From: an uncultured Phycisphaerales bacterium
GTDB taxonomy: Bacteria; Planctomycetota; Phycisphaerae; Sedimentisphaerales; Anaerobacaceae
Direction of reading: 5' to 3'
Length of the DNA stretch: 64,000 bases
Assembly: GCA_963718665.1 (NCBI GenBank)
Contig: OY970359.1
Span: forward strand, 1,376,001-1,440,000
Each line of letters begins with the position of its first letter. The stretch's first letter is position 1. The notes under the pieces are model-generated. The model was not told the origin of the DNA, searched no databases, and saw only the letters and a list, made by a program, of their open reading frames with translations. The translations under genes were made by a program, and so were the position numbers. Of the stretch, positions 10,766-20,960 are shown piece by piece.

Positions 10766-11872
10766 CTACGAAAGATTTATCGGCATCAGGACGTGCAGGA
10801 AATTAGCCCCTGCCTTAATAAGCCCCGGTGTGTCCGGCTGACCCAGCTCAAGCTCGAACTGCGGCTCTTTAATGACACGAATGGCCTCGGCCAAAAACTG
10901 GGGATTAAACCCGATTTCTATCGGCTCGCCCTTATAATCAACTACAACTTCTATTTCGGCGTCGCCCGTTTCCGGCGATTTGCCGGAGAATACCAGCTTA
11001 TCCCTGCTGACGGCTACTTTTATGCCCCTGGATTCCTCGCTGGTTAATAACGCCGCTCTTCTTACCGCGCTGAGCGCAACATCGGTTTGCAGTGTTATTT
11101 TCTTCTGGTAGTCGGCGGGAATAATATCCTCGTATTTCGGGAAATTGCCCTCGACAAGATTTGAACACACAACGACGTTCCCGCAGGCGAACATTATCTG
11201 GTTGTCAACCAATTTGACGGCAACCTTGTCTTTTTCACCCCCAGCGAGTTTTTCCAGTAATGACATTGTCTTGCCCGGCACGATTGGTTTTGCCGCTAGG
11301 ACCTTGTCGCTGGGGTTCGAGGCGAGATTAACCCTACTGCGCGCCAGCCGGCGGCCGTCGGTCGCGACCAAGGTCAATTTCTTTCCTTTCATTTCCCACA
11401 GCACGCCGTTGATTGCGTAGCGGGTGCTCTCTTTGGCGGTCGCAAAAAGGCATTGTGAAATACCAACTCGCAAGGCATCGAGGGACACTTCAGCGTCCGG
11501 CTCGCCCTTAAACGCCGGAACAGGCGGATATTGTGACGCCTCCTGACCGTAAATTGAGAAATGGCTGTCTGCCCCGCGAATCTCACAAAGACCTTCGGCG
11601 GATTTGAGCATCAGTGTTTCGTCGGTGCTCTCGCGCACTACCGCGGCAAGACGCGCGGCGGGTACAACAACCTGCCCCGGCTCCTTAACGTCAACCGCGG
11701 GCAGAAGGTAGTTGATTCCTACTTCCAAATCCGTGCCAAATATCCTTACGCCGTCTTTTGCAGCATCTATTTTGACGCAACGCAGAATCGGTTTTGGTGT
11801 CCGATCCGGAACAATTGTTGTCAGCAACGCGAGCGCCTGGCTCAATCCTTCTCTGTTAAATTGCACTTTCAT
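10766..11872 (-). CDS. dnaN: DNA polymerase III beta clamp
   Basis: GTDLEVGI, RYAINGV, VATDGRRLA, EGNFPKY, IGFNPQFL and VLMPI motifs. Confidence 0.97.
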   Translation of the reverse strand: MKVQFNREGLSQALALLTTIVPDRTPKPILRCVKIDAAKDGVRIFGTDLEVGINYLLPAVDVKEPGQVVVPAARLAAVVRESTDETLMLKSAEGLCEIRGADSHFSIYGQEASQYPPVPAFKGEPDAEVSLDALRVGISQCLFATAKESTRYAINGVLWEMKGKKLTLVATDGRRLARSRVNLASNPSDKVLAAKPIVPGKTMSLLEKLAGGEKDKVAVKLVDNQIMFACGNVVVCSNLVEGNFPKYEDIIPADYQKKITLQTDVALSAVRRAALLTSEESRGIKVAVSRDKLVFSGKSPETGDAEIEVVVDYKGEPIEIGFNPQFLAEAIRVIKEPQFELELGQPDTPGLIKAGANFLHVLMPINLS

Positions 11873-11879
11873 TTGAGTG

Positions 11880-12215
11880 CCCCTCTTTAAACTTGTTAAT
11901 CAATCCTTAATAGTTTTTAGTGATATTAGAGAATACAGGAAACGCTGTGGTTTCTCAATAAGTTTTAATGCGGAATTTATTCTATTTTTCTGAGTGTGTC
12001 TGTGTGGGGAAGCGTTTGTTATAGTTTTAATATAAGAAATCTTTTTAGTAGTAGAACTCATAAGGATGGTGAAATTGTCGGCCTTATTTGGCTGTGGTCA
12101 CGTTACCTGTTGTCTGGCCGGTAGATATGTGCTGGCAATGCCCTTCAGCGTGCGGTGGATAACCTATTACTTTTTGACCAGTCATTGCTCAGTTGTCCAC
12201 AGGCGTTGACTTGCG
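11880..12215. other. Candidate replication origin (oriC)
   Basis: Non-coding gap upstream of dnaN with DnaA-box-like TTGTCCACA (12193-12201) and GGTGGATAA (12154-12162), both 8/9, TGTGGGGAA (12003-12011, 7/9), TAGTAGTAG trios (12046-12054) and an adjacent AT-rich tract. Confidence 0.6.
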
Positions 12216-12220
12216 ATGGC

Positions 12221-13249
12221 TCACGGCTTCTGCGTATTGTTATTTATTTTGACCATTCTGTGGGTGATTTCGGCGACATTTTTACGCAGGACCACCGGCG
12301 ACAACACCTCAACTTGGTCACCGTAGCCGAGTATCCACCAGGTTATTTCGCCCAGACCATCAACGCGGAAATCGACGGTTGCTGAGCCGTCCGGGTTGTG
12401 CGTAACCTGCTGGCTTTTATGCCAATTCACCTCGGCGACATTGCTGGCGACCTTCGGGGCGAATTGCAGCCGCACATGGTACATTTTGCCTTCGGGTATC
12501 ATTGACCAGGCGCAACCGAGGTATTCGGCGAGGTCGAAACCGTCGTTGCCGCCAAACTGTTCATCAAGCATCTCGGTGCTGCGTATGCGGTTAAGTTTAA
12601 ATGTGTGTATGGCCTTATGAATCGACGACTGGCCCACGATATACCAAGCCCGCTCGTTATAGAGTAAATGATATGGCGATACCTCGCAGGAAATTATTTT
12701 GCCGTCGCAGAGGGAATCATATTTGACGCGCACCTTTTTTCGCTGTGCCGCTGCAGATTGCAGAATGGTAAATATATTATCTAATCCCGGCGTTGTTGGT
12801 GCAGGTGCCTGTGCGCTGGCTTTTATCGAGATTCGTGCAAGCGCGCTTTCGCAATAATTTCGCACCCGCGGGGGCAGGCAGCTTTCAATTTTCATCACCG
12901 CCAGCAGCGCAGAATGTTTGAATGGCATTTGAATCTGGTTACGCATTTTATGAACCAGCAGAAGCAATCCGAGCGCCTCCTGCAGGTTAAGATTTATGAG
13001 GGGCAAAAACTGCTCAGGCGGCAGGGCGTAGCCGCGACGAGAACATGAAAGGGTCGGCTGGATACCAATCCCCTGGATTTCCTTGAGGTCGCGGAAAAGC
13101 GTGCGTCTGCTTACGCCAAACAGTTTAGCCAGTTCGTCGGCGGTATAACCCTTGCCCGGTGACGTACCCGTTTTTGACAGCGTCGTCAAAAGCTGAACGA
13201 CCCTGCCTACCCTGCCCCGCGATTTTTCTTTGGGTGTGCCCGATTTCAT
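12221..13249 (-). CDS. HTH-WYL-WCX transcriptional regulator (PafB/PafC/YafY-like)
   Basis: ELAKLFGVSRRTLFRDL HTH; VSPYHL...WYIVG...FKLNRI WYL domain; WILGYGDQVEVLSP WCX domain. Confidence 0.92.
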   Translation of the reverse strand: MKSGTPKEKSRGRVGRVVQLLTTLSKTGTSPGKGYTADELAKLFGVSRRTLFRDLKEIQGIGIQPTLSCSRRGYALPPEQFLPLINLNLQEALGLLLLVHKMRNQIQMPFKHSALLAVMKIESCLPPRVRNYCESALARISIKASAQAPAPTTPGLDNIFTILQSAAAQRKKVRVKYDSLCDGKIISCEVSPYHLLYNERAWYIVGQSSIHKAIHTFKLNRIRSTEMLDEQFGGNDGFDLAEYLGCAWSMIPEGKMYHVRLQFAPKVASNVAEVNWHKSQQVTHNPDGSATVDFRVDGLGEITWWILGYGDQVEVLSPVVLRKNVAEITHRMVKINNNTQKP

Positions 13250-13381
13250 AGTTCTTCTCTCAATTACCCAAATAAAACGACCACAGGGCCAATATACTTG
13301 TTTGGCCCTATAATCGTCAAGGTTTATATCAAAAAACGCCTCATAAGTCGCCCGTTTTACGTTATCTTGCCTATTTTGCCA

Positions 13382-13411
13382 TTGACAAAATGGCTTGTTG
13401 AATGATATAAT
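13382..13411 (+). promoter_or_regulatory. Consensus sigma70 promoter for the lipoprotein-cdaA-cdaR operon
   Basis: TTGACA-N18-TATAAT with extended -10 TG. Confidence 0.75.
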
Positions 13412-13483
13412 GAACGTGAATCAGTAAACATTCTGGAATGGTCTCCCTTGGGGGGCTTGCCGGGTGGCAACGGAGAATATATA

Positions 13484-13708
13484 ATGAAAAACAGAATTGT
13501 TGTGAGTTTGCTTGGTGTTGCGCTTTTGACGCTGGCAACGATGTCAATGGGCTGTGGCCTCTTCGACCAGCAGGGCAAAACCGCTGATGAAGTCAACAGG
13601 GACCACATGCGTATGTTGCGAGTCAACCACGAACAAATGATGGAAGATATTGACCGAGCGCTCCTTCTGGATAAGCCCAGCACGCTCACAGAGAAACAGT
13701 TGCCGTAA
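13484..13708 (+). CDS. Small lipoprotein
   Basis: SD GGAG; MKNRIVVSLLGVALLTLATMSMGC lipoprotein signal; 74 aa. Confidence 0.75.
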   Translation: MKNRIVVSLLGVALLTLATMSMGCGLFDQQGKTADEVNRDHMRMLRVNHEQMMEDIDRALLLDKPSTLTEKQLP

Positions 13709-13771
13709 GCAAGGAACAAACACAGCGCAGGCGCTTAATGCCCTGTGCGCTTTGCAGGGAGTTCTGAAGGG

Positions 13772-14590
13772 ATGCAGACCCTCATCGATTATTTCAGGCG
13801 AGTCGCCAATTACGACTGGTGGGTCGTCTGCATCGAATTATTTCTCATAGGCCTGGTTGTTTACTGGGCGGTAGATTTTCTTGAAGGCACTCGCGGTGAG
13901 CGGCTTTTCCGCGGCGTCATATATGTCCTTATCGCGGGCGTTCTAATCCTCCATCTGATTTCAGCGCACTACCGGTTCGAGCGGCTCGAATATCTCTACA
14001 AAGGTTTTTTGGTTGCCGTTCTCGTCATCGCGGTCGCGGCATTTCAACCTGAGCTGCGACGCGCCCTTATGCGATTAGGGCAATCTGCCGGCGGCGGGTT
14101 TCTTATCGGCTCATCGCGACAGGTCGTCCGGACTGTCGAGGAAATCGTCAGCGCCGTTACCGAGTTGGCCGCGTCCAAAACAGGCGCAATCATCGTTATC
14201 GAGAGACGCGTCGCGCTCGGCGAGTTTATCGAAACGGGCGTCCGTCTGGAGGCCAACGTTACCGCCGAACTGCTCAAAACCATTTTTTATCCCGGTACCA
14301 TCCTGCATGATATGGCGGTCGTTATACGGGGCGACAAGGCAATCGCTGCGGGCGTGCAGCTGCCTTTGGCGGAGCCCGGCACGGTCAATGGCTTTGAGCT
14401 TGGGTCAAGGCATCGGGCCGCAATAGGCATAACCGCCGGCTCAGACGCCCTGTGCATAGTTGTAAGCGAAGAAACAGGAATTATCTCTCTGGCCAGCGAC
14501 GGCAAGCTCGTCCGCAAACTCACCGCTGATGAGCTTCGCGACGCACTAACCGGCGCAATAAGCTCACAGGCGACAAAAGTAAAATCCTGA
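13772..14590 (+). CDS. cdaA: Diadenylate cyclase CdaA
   Basis: Three N-terminal TM helices, FQPELRRAL, GAIIVIER, LHD, LGSRHRAAIG and VSEETG motifs. Confidence 0.93.
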   Translation: MQTLIDYFRRVANYDWWVVCIELFLIGLVVYWAVDFLEGTRGERLFRGVIYVLIAGVLILHLISAHYRFERLEYLYKGFLVAVLVIAVAAFQPELRRALMRLGQSAGGGFLIGSSRQVVRTVEEIVSAVTELAASKTGAIIVIERRVALGEFIETGVRLEANVTAELLKTIFYPGTILHDMAVVIRGDKAIAAGVQLPLAEPGTVNGFELGSRHRAAIGITAGSDALCIVVSEETGIISLASDGKLVRKLTADELRDALTGAISSQATKVKS

Positions 14591-14616
14591 ACAGGTGAGG
14601 GTTGTCTGGTTATACA

Positions 14617-15712
14617 ATGACTATAAAACGGCGAAGATTGAGAAAAATAGTGGCTACGGTGGTTTTCACCACGCTGATATGGGTCTTCGCGGACCTTGCG
14701 CTGGATGAGGAGCTTACCATTTCAAATCTCAAGCTCAGCGTTGCCAAGTCCGTAGACCCGGCGCTCTGGGTTACGTTCTCCGGCCAGTCATCCGTGCCGC
14801 TGGAAAAGGTTGTCCTGAAGGGTTCCGCGCAAGATAGCCGAGGCGCGACAGAGTATTAACGCCGGGCGATTTACACGCGAGTTTTACTTCGACCCGGAAC
14901 ACGAAAAAATGACAACCCCCGGCGACCACCTGCTTAATGTGGCGGAATTTCTCAAAGGAACAGACAGTATCCGGCAGCTCGGGCTTACCATTACCTCCGC
15001 CGACCCGAATACGCTGATGGTCAGTATTGTTGAACTGCAGAAAAAACAGGTTGTAGTCCGCTGCCTTGATGACAACCTGAATCCGCTCAAGGTCGTCAGT
15101 GTCGAGCCGGCACAGGTCGAGGCCTATGTGCCTGCCGAACGCGCAGGGGCGGCGCTTGAGGCAAAGGTATCGCTCAACAAAAGGGAAATCGAGCAGGCGA
15201 GGCTCGCCCCGATAGAGAAAACACCCATAGTTGAGCTTTCGCCCGGACAAACGAGGGAAGCTGCGTCGAGCGTCAAAATTACCCTGCCCAAAGAGCAGGA
15301 ACGCCTCCAGGAATACCTCGTTACCAGTGTCCGTCTCGGCGTATCGCTGAGCGTAAATCTCGAAGGCAAATACAAAGTCGAGCTTATCAATCCCGATGCG
15401 GTTATGGGTTCCGTTGCAATCAGGGCGACGCCTGAGGCCAAGCGGGCATACGAAAATATGCGGTACCACGTCATTCTTGAAATAGACGACAGCGACAAGG
15501 ACAACCGGCCCGACAAATCATCGCCGGCCGCTGGCGAGCCCGCCCTGGAAATCCGCAGAGACCTTGTCTATAACTTCCCGCCGGAATTTCTCCGCAAAGA
15601 CGAAATAGCTCTCAACCAGTCGCCGGTGCAGGCGAGATTCCGCCTTGTGCCGATTGCCGCCGGGACAACCACAGGCGCACCAGCGCCGATTACCCAGCCG
15701 GCACAGAATTGA
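14617..15712 (+). CDS. CdaR/YbbR-like regulator, split by one frameshift near 14830
   Basis: Directly after cdaA; N-terminal TM (TTLIWVFAD). ORFs 14602-14859 and 14909-15712 join through an overlap at 14819-14857 into about 365 aa. Confidence 0.65.
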
Positions 15713-15806
15713 TTTCCTGCCGCCTGATAAGCGGGAAAATCACTTCTATATTTGACCATACGCGGTTATCATTTAGCCCCAACAGGTTTTTTGGAGAGCC
15801 GTAACG

Positions 15807-17074
15807 ATGCGTAAAATCCGGGGTCTGCGATGGTACATAGCTATAATGCTGATGCTGGTTACGACCATCAATTATTTTGACCGCACGAGTTTGGGTGTTG
15901 TTTTTCCGATTTTTAAGGACCAGCTTCATATCGATAAACAGCATTTCTCATACATCATACTATCTTTCCAGTTCGCCTATTTTGTTATGCTGCCGCTTTC
16001 AGGTCGTTTCCTGGACTGGGTGGGGATAAAACTTGGATTCTCAATAGCTGTAACATTCTGGTCTATAGCCAAGATGCTTCACGCGCTGGCAAGGGGGGTT
16101 TTTTCGTTCAGTATTGTTCGCGTGCTGTTGGGAGTCGGCGAGGCGGCGAATTTTCCCGGTATAGCCAAGGTCGCGTCGGAATGGTTCCACGCTAAAGAAC
16201 GCACAATGGCAACCGGCATTGCCAATATGGGCGCAGGACTGGGAGCGCTTTTGCGCCGCCGATAATGATATGGCTTTCACTGGAGTTTGGCTGGCAGCAG
16301 GCATTTGTCATAACCGGTGTTATCGGCTGTTTCTGGGTTGTGCCCTGGCTGCTTTTTTATAAGCCGCCCGAACAAAATCCGATGATAACACCTGAAGAGT
16401 TGAAGTATATAACTGAGGGCCGCAAAGAGCTGCAGGCGGAGGAAAAAAACGCCGGCCCCCAAAAGAATGTCTGGAAACTGATTATGGGTCAGCGTAATTT
16501 CTGGGGCATTGCCCTGGCAAGATTTCTTTCTGAGCCGTCATGGGCATTTTTTTCTTATTGGATACCAATCTACTTTACAGAGCGAGGCGTGAATCTCAAG
16601 GATTTTGCTCTTTTCGGGTGGCTGCCGTTTCTCGCTGCCGACGTGGGCAGTTTTGTGGGAGGGGTTTTGTCGCCGTTTTACCATAAGCTCGGCTTTAAGG
16701 TGCTGACCTCCCGCAAGTTATCTATGACCACCGCCGCCTGTATGATGCCCTTCGCGTTCTTCATTACCAAGGCGCCGGTTGGCTGGGCTATACTATGGTT
16801 CTGCGTTGCCGCCTTTGGTCATCAATGTATATCAGCCACGCTGATGACGCTGCCCGCGGATTTGTTCCCGAAACGCACCGTCGGCACAGCCAACGGCCTG
16901 TCGGGCAGCGCCGCGCTTGCGGGGGCAATGTTGTTTACCTTCGCAGTCGGCTGGCTCGTAACGCATGTTGGTTACGCCCCGGTGTTTGTTACAATCGCGT
17001 TTCTCGATTTGATAGGCGCAGTGCTTCTCTGGACTCTCATACGCGAGCCGAAAGCAGAAACGTCTTCGATATAA
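15807..17074 (+). CDS. ExuT-like MFS sugar-acid transporter, frameshift near 16253
   Basis: LRWYI, INYFDR, GVGEAANFP and FWGIALARFLSEP motifs; restoring one G gives GALLAPPIMIW and about 422 aa. Confidence 0.88.
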
Positions 17075-17133
17075 CAGCGCAGGTCGGTTGACTTTTCTGT
17101 CTTTTTGCGGCATAATTAGTCGTAGATAAAGCT

Positions 17134-18969
17134 ATGCACGCATTAACGCTGATAATTGTAACTTTATTGCTTTTTGCCATGGCATACAGATTCTATGCCA
17201 AGTTCATCATCACCAAAGTCCTCGTATTCGACGCCAATCGCCCCACGCCTGCTCATACGCTTCGAGACAGGAAAGATTATGACCCCACAAACCGGTATGT
17301 TTTGTTCGGGCACCACTTCGCGGCCATAGCCGGCGCAGGCCCTCTTGTCGGCCCGGTTCTTGCTGCTCAATTCGGATACCTGCCGGGAGTCCTGTGGATA
17401 CTTATCGGCGCAACCCTCGGCGGCGCGGTTCATGATATGGTTATTCTCTTTGCCTCCGTCCGAATGAATGGCTTATCGCTTACGCAGTTAGCCAGAGAGC
17501 ATATCAGCCGACCGGCCGGCATTGCCACGGCGTTTGCGGTTCTGTTTGTCATAATTACCACTCTTTCCGGCCTTGCCCTCGTGGTGGTCAATGCGCTTAA
17601 CGAAAGCAGCTGGGCGACCTTTACCATAGTTGTAACGCTGCCGGCTGCGCTTCTTGTCGGCCTGTATATGTATAAAATTCGCCCCGGCAAAATAGTTGAG
17701 GCCTCCCTCGTCGGCGTTGTGATTGTGGTTCTCGGCGTCGTATTCGGCGAGCCGTTATCTCACACAAGCTTCGGCTCGCTGTTTGTTTTTTCCAAGCCGT
17801 CGCTGTCGATAATCCTGCCGGTTTATGGATTCATCGCCTCCGTGCTTCCCGTGTGGCTATTGTTGTGTCCCCGCGATTATCTCAGCTCATATATGAAAAT
17901 CGGCACAATCGGACTTCTTATCGTCGGCATATTCATTGTTAATCCGGTTATACGAATGCCCGCGCTTACGGAATATATCCACGGCGGCGGACCAATCATA
18001 CCCGGCAAGGTCTGGCCTTTCGTCTGTATTACAATCGCCTGCGGGGCCATCAGCGGCTTTCACTCACTTATAAGCTCGGGCACTACGCCCAAAATGATAA
18101 ACACCGAAGCTGACATCTGCTTTATCAGCTATGGGGCGATGCTGGCGGAATCGGTGATTTCGATTATGGCGATTATTGCTGCGACGGTGATGATTCCGGG
18201 CGATTATTTCGCGATAAACGTCTCGCCAGCGGTATTCGCCAAACTTGGGCTGGCTACCGAAAAGCTGGCTGATATCGAAAGAATGACGGGCGAATCGCTT
18301 GTCGGAAGGTCAGGCGGGGCGGTCTCGCTGGCGGCTGGTATGTCGCTGATTCTTTCTGCGATACCGGGAATGAAGCATCTGGTTGGTTACTGGTATCACT
18401 TCGCCATTATGTTCGAGGCGTTGTTTATTCTGACGACCGTTGACGCTGGGACACGCGTGGCAAGATACATCCTGCAGGAAATACTCAAGGTCGTTCACCC
18501 CAGATTAGGCAGCTCCACCTGGATGCCGGCGGTGCTGCTCAGCGGCGGCGCAATCAGTTTTCTCTGGGGATACCTCGTTTATCACGGCGACATATCCACC
18601 ATCTGGCCCCTGTTCGGCGTCGCAAACCAGCTTCTGGCGACGCTGGCGCTTTGCATAGGCACGGTTTTTATTCTCAGGCATTCCCGCGTGTGGGCTTATG
18701 GCCTCATCACGTTTATACCGGCGCTGTTTATGGCGGCGACCACCTTTGTCGCCGGTATAGATAATATCTTCAATAATTACCTGCCCAAGCATGACTTCCA
18801 GGGAAACCTCAAAGCCGTGATTTCGATTGTGATGCTTGTGCTTGTGGTAATTATTTTCTTTGAGGCGATGAGGAAAATCTGGGGATTCTGGAAGAACGGC
18901 TTACAAAACGCGACAGAGACCTCGCCGACCAACACCGCGGCTGGACCTTCTCTGGATATCCCGGATTAG
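17134..18969 (+). CDS. cstA: Carbon starvation protein A (peptide/pyruvate transporter)
   Basis: FGHHFAAIAGAGPLVGP, PRDYLS, IACGAISGFHSL and IWPLFGVANQLL motifs. Confidence 0.95.
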   Translation: MHALTLIIVTLLLFAMAYRFYAKFIITKVLVFDANRPTPAHTLRDRKDYDPTNRYVLFGHHFAAIAGAGPLVGPVLAAQFGYLPGVLWILIGATLGGAVHDMVILFASVRMNGLSLTQLAREHISRPAGIATAFAVLFVIITTLSGLALVVVNALNESSWATFTIVVTLPAALLVGLYMYKIRPGKIVEASLVGVVIVVLGVVFGEPLSHTSFGSLFVFSKPSLSIILPVYGFIASVLPVWLLLCPRDYLSSYMKIGTIGLLIVGIFIVNPVIRMPALTEYIHGGGPIIPGKVWPFVCITIACGAISGFHSLISSGTTPKMINTEADICFISYGAMLAESVISIMAIIAATVMIPGDYFAINVSPAVFAKLGLATEKLADIERMTGESLVGRSGGAVSLAAGMSLILSAIPGMKHLVGYWYHFAIMFEALFILTTVDAGTRVARYILQEILKVVHPRLGSSTWMPAVLLSGGAISFLWGYLVYHGDISTIWPLFGVANQLLATLALCIGTVFILRHSRVWAYGLITFIPALFMAATTFVAGIDNIFNNYLPKHDFQGNLKAVISIVMLVLVVIIFFEAMRKIWGFWKNGLQNATETSPTNTAAGPSLDIPD

Positions 18970-19066
18970 CCCTTCTCGAAAAAGACGACAAAACGTGGAG
19001 AACGATAAATGGCAGGCGTACCCATTATTGCCCTTGGATATGAACTTATTATGAAAGGTAACCGCT

Positions 19067-19393
19067 ATGTATAATCTGTTTAGTATGCACCCTGTTATAG
19101 AGGCCCTCGCAGACGATGCCGCAAGTGCTGAGAGTAAGGCTACATCGCTCGAATTGAGAGTCCGTATGCTTGAAGCCCATCTTACCAAGGCCATGATGAT
19201 TAACGAAACTTTGTGGGAAATCATGAAAGAAAAATTGAACCTTACTGATGACATTCTTGAAGACCAGCTCAGTAAGGTTGACCTTCGTGAAAGCACGTCA
19301 AAGGAATGTCCCAAATGCCACCATATGATTGCCCCGCATCACCCGATTTGTATCTATTGCGGTCAAGTCATTGATAACTCAATTTTTACATAA
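19067..19393 (+). CDS. Hypothetical protein with coiled coil and C-terminal zinc ribbon
   Basis: CPKC...CIYCG at the C terminus; SD-like GAAAGG. Confidence 0.7.
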   Translation: MYNLFSMHPVIEALADDAASAESKATSLELRVRMLEAHLTKAMMINETLWEIMKEKLNLTDDILEDQLSKVDLRESTSKECPKCHHMIAPHHPICIYCGQVIDNSIFT

Positions 19394-19454
19394 GAAGATA
19401 AGGCAATAATGGGGACAGCTACCGTTCGTATCGAGTTGCGTAACCACAACCCGT

Positions 19455-20834
19455 TTAACGTTTACGCGGCGGGCGGTGCTTACCTTTGCCCTTGGGTTTT
19501 TTAACGGGTTCCTGCGTCGGTTCGGATTCCCTGTGTGACCGGACGAACAATCGAATAGGCACTTCGGCTACGGGCAGCAATTCACTTAATTGCCCAACGA
19601 CGAACCGGCGATAGCTCTCGTCGAAAAGGTTCGGCTTATTGACGAACATAAGGATTGTTACGGGATTGATGGCGACCTGTGTGGCATAATAGATTTTCGG
19701 TCTGCCGAGTTTCGCTCCGCCTGGCTGTGTTTCTTTTATAATCTCGAAGGCGCCGTTTAGCTTTGATGTCGATATCCATGTCGTCGCCTGCTTGAAAAGC
19801 TCGGCAGCCAAATCGAGGACGCTTTTGACGTTTTTGCCCTTGTTGGCGGTTGTGAAGGCAATCGGCGCGTGGCTCAAGCCGGGCAAAAGCTTTGTAAGGT
19901 AATCTTCATATTGGCCGGTATCTGCGACATCCTTCGCCAGGTCCCATTTGTTGACGACGATGATGCAGGCCCTGCTTTCTTCGGCGATTGCCTGTGCGAG
20001 TTTTTTGTCGGGCACCGATACGGGCGTGGTCGCGTCAATCATCAGCAACACCACGTCAGCCCTGCGAACCGAGCTTGTCGCGCGGACGAAACTGTAAAAT
20101 TCGATATTGTTGGCGAGCTTGCCTTTTTTCTTTACGCCGGGGGTATCGATAACGACGATTGTTTTGCCGTCTTTTTCGAACCGGATGTCAATCGCGTCGC
20201 GGGTTGTGCCGGGTTTTTCGCTGACAATAACTCTTGTGTCATCGACCATTGCGTTGACAATCGAGCTTTTGCCCGCGTTTCGTTTGCCGACGATTGCGAT
20301 TTTCATAACTGGTTCGACCGGCTTGGTCGATTCGAGATTTTTCACCCGGTCGAGAATTGCGTCCAACAGTTCCTCTTTGTTGACGTTGTTTTTGGCGGAG
20401 ATGCACATAAATTCGCCGAAGCCCAGTCGGCCGAATTCGCCCGCCTCCGGAAATTTGCTCGCGACATCGGCCTTATTCGCGACCCCCATCACCTTGAGAT
20501 TATGCTTGCGAAGAAGCCCCGCGATTATCTGGTCGAGAGCCATAATCCCTTCGCGGACATCGACCACAAACAGGACCAGGTCCGCCAAATCGATTGCCCG
20601 CTGGATTTGCCCGTGGACGTGGCTTTCGAGGTGGTCTGCGTCAACGATGCCGTAGCCGCCCGTATCGACAAGCTCGAAATATTTGCCGTCTTTTTCGATG
20701 ATTGTGCTGACGCGGTCGCGCGTAACGCCGGGCGTCGGCTCGACGATGCTTATCATTCTGCCCGCCAGCCAGTTAAATAAGCTGGATTTGCCCACGTTGG
20801 GCCTTCCAATTATCGCGACTACCGGTAATGACAT
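19455..20834 (-). CDS. der: Ribosome biogenesis GTPase Der/EngA
   Basis: Two G domains (GRPNVGKS/DTGG/NKAD and GKRNAGKS/DTPG/NKWD) plus a KH-like tail. Confidence 0.97.
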   Translation of the reverse strand: MSLPVVAIIGRPNVGKSSLFNWLAGRMISIVEPTPGVTRDRVSTIIEKDGKYFELVDTGGYGIVDADHLESHVHGQIQRAIDLADLVLFVVDVREGIMALDQIIAGLLRKHNLKVMGVANKADVASKFPEAGEFGRLGFGEFMCISAKNNVNKEELLDAILDRVKNLESTKPVEPVMKIAIVGKRNAGKSSIVNAMVDDTRVIVSEKPGTTRDAIDIRFEKDGKTIVVIDTPGVKKKGKLANNIEFYSFVRATSSVRRADVVLLMIDATTPVSVPDKKLAQAIAEESRACIIVVNKWDLAKDVADTGQYEDYLTKLLPGLSHAPIAFTTANKGKNVKSVLDLAAELFKQATTWISTSKLNGAFEIIKETQPGGAKLGRPKIYYATQVAINPVTILMFVNKPNLFDESYRRFVVGQLSELLPVAEVPIRLFVRSHRESEPTQEPVKKPKGKGKHRPPRKR

Positions 20835-20960
20835 ATCTACTCGCTCAGTATAAACAAGAATCGGACTTGTGGAAACAAACGGGGGATTTATCCGCCGTTG
20901 TCGCGGATTATAACAGAAAACGCGGACGTTTACACCGAAGAAACCTTTTAGGAGTTTTCT

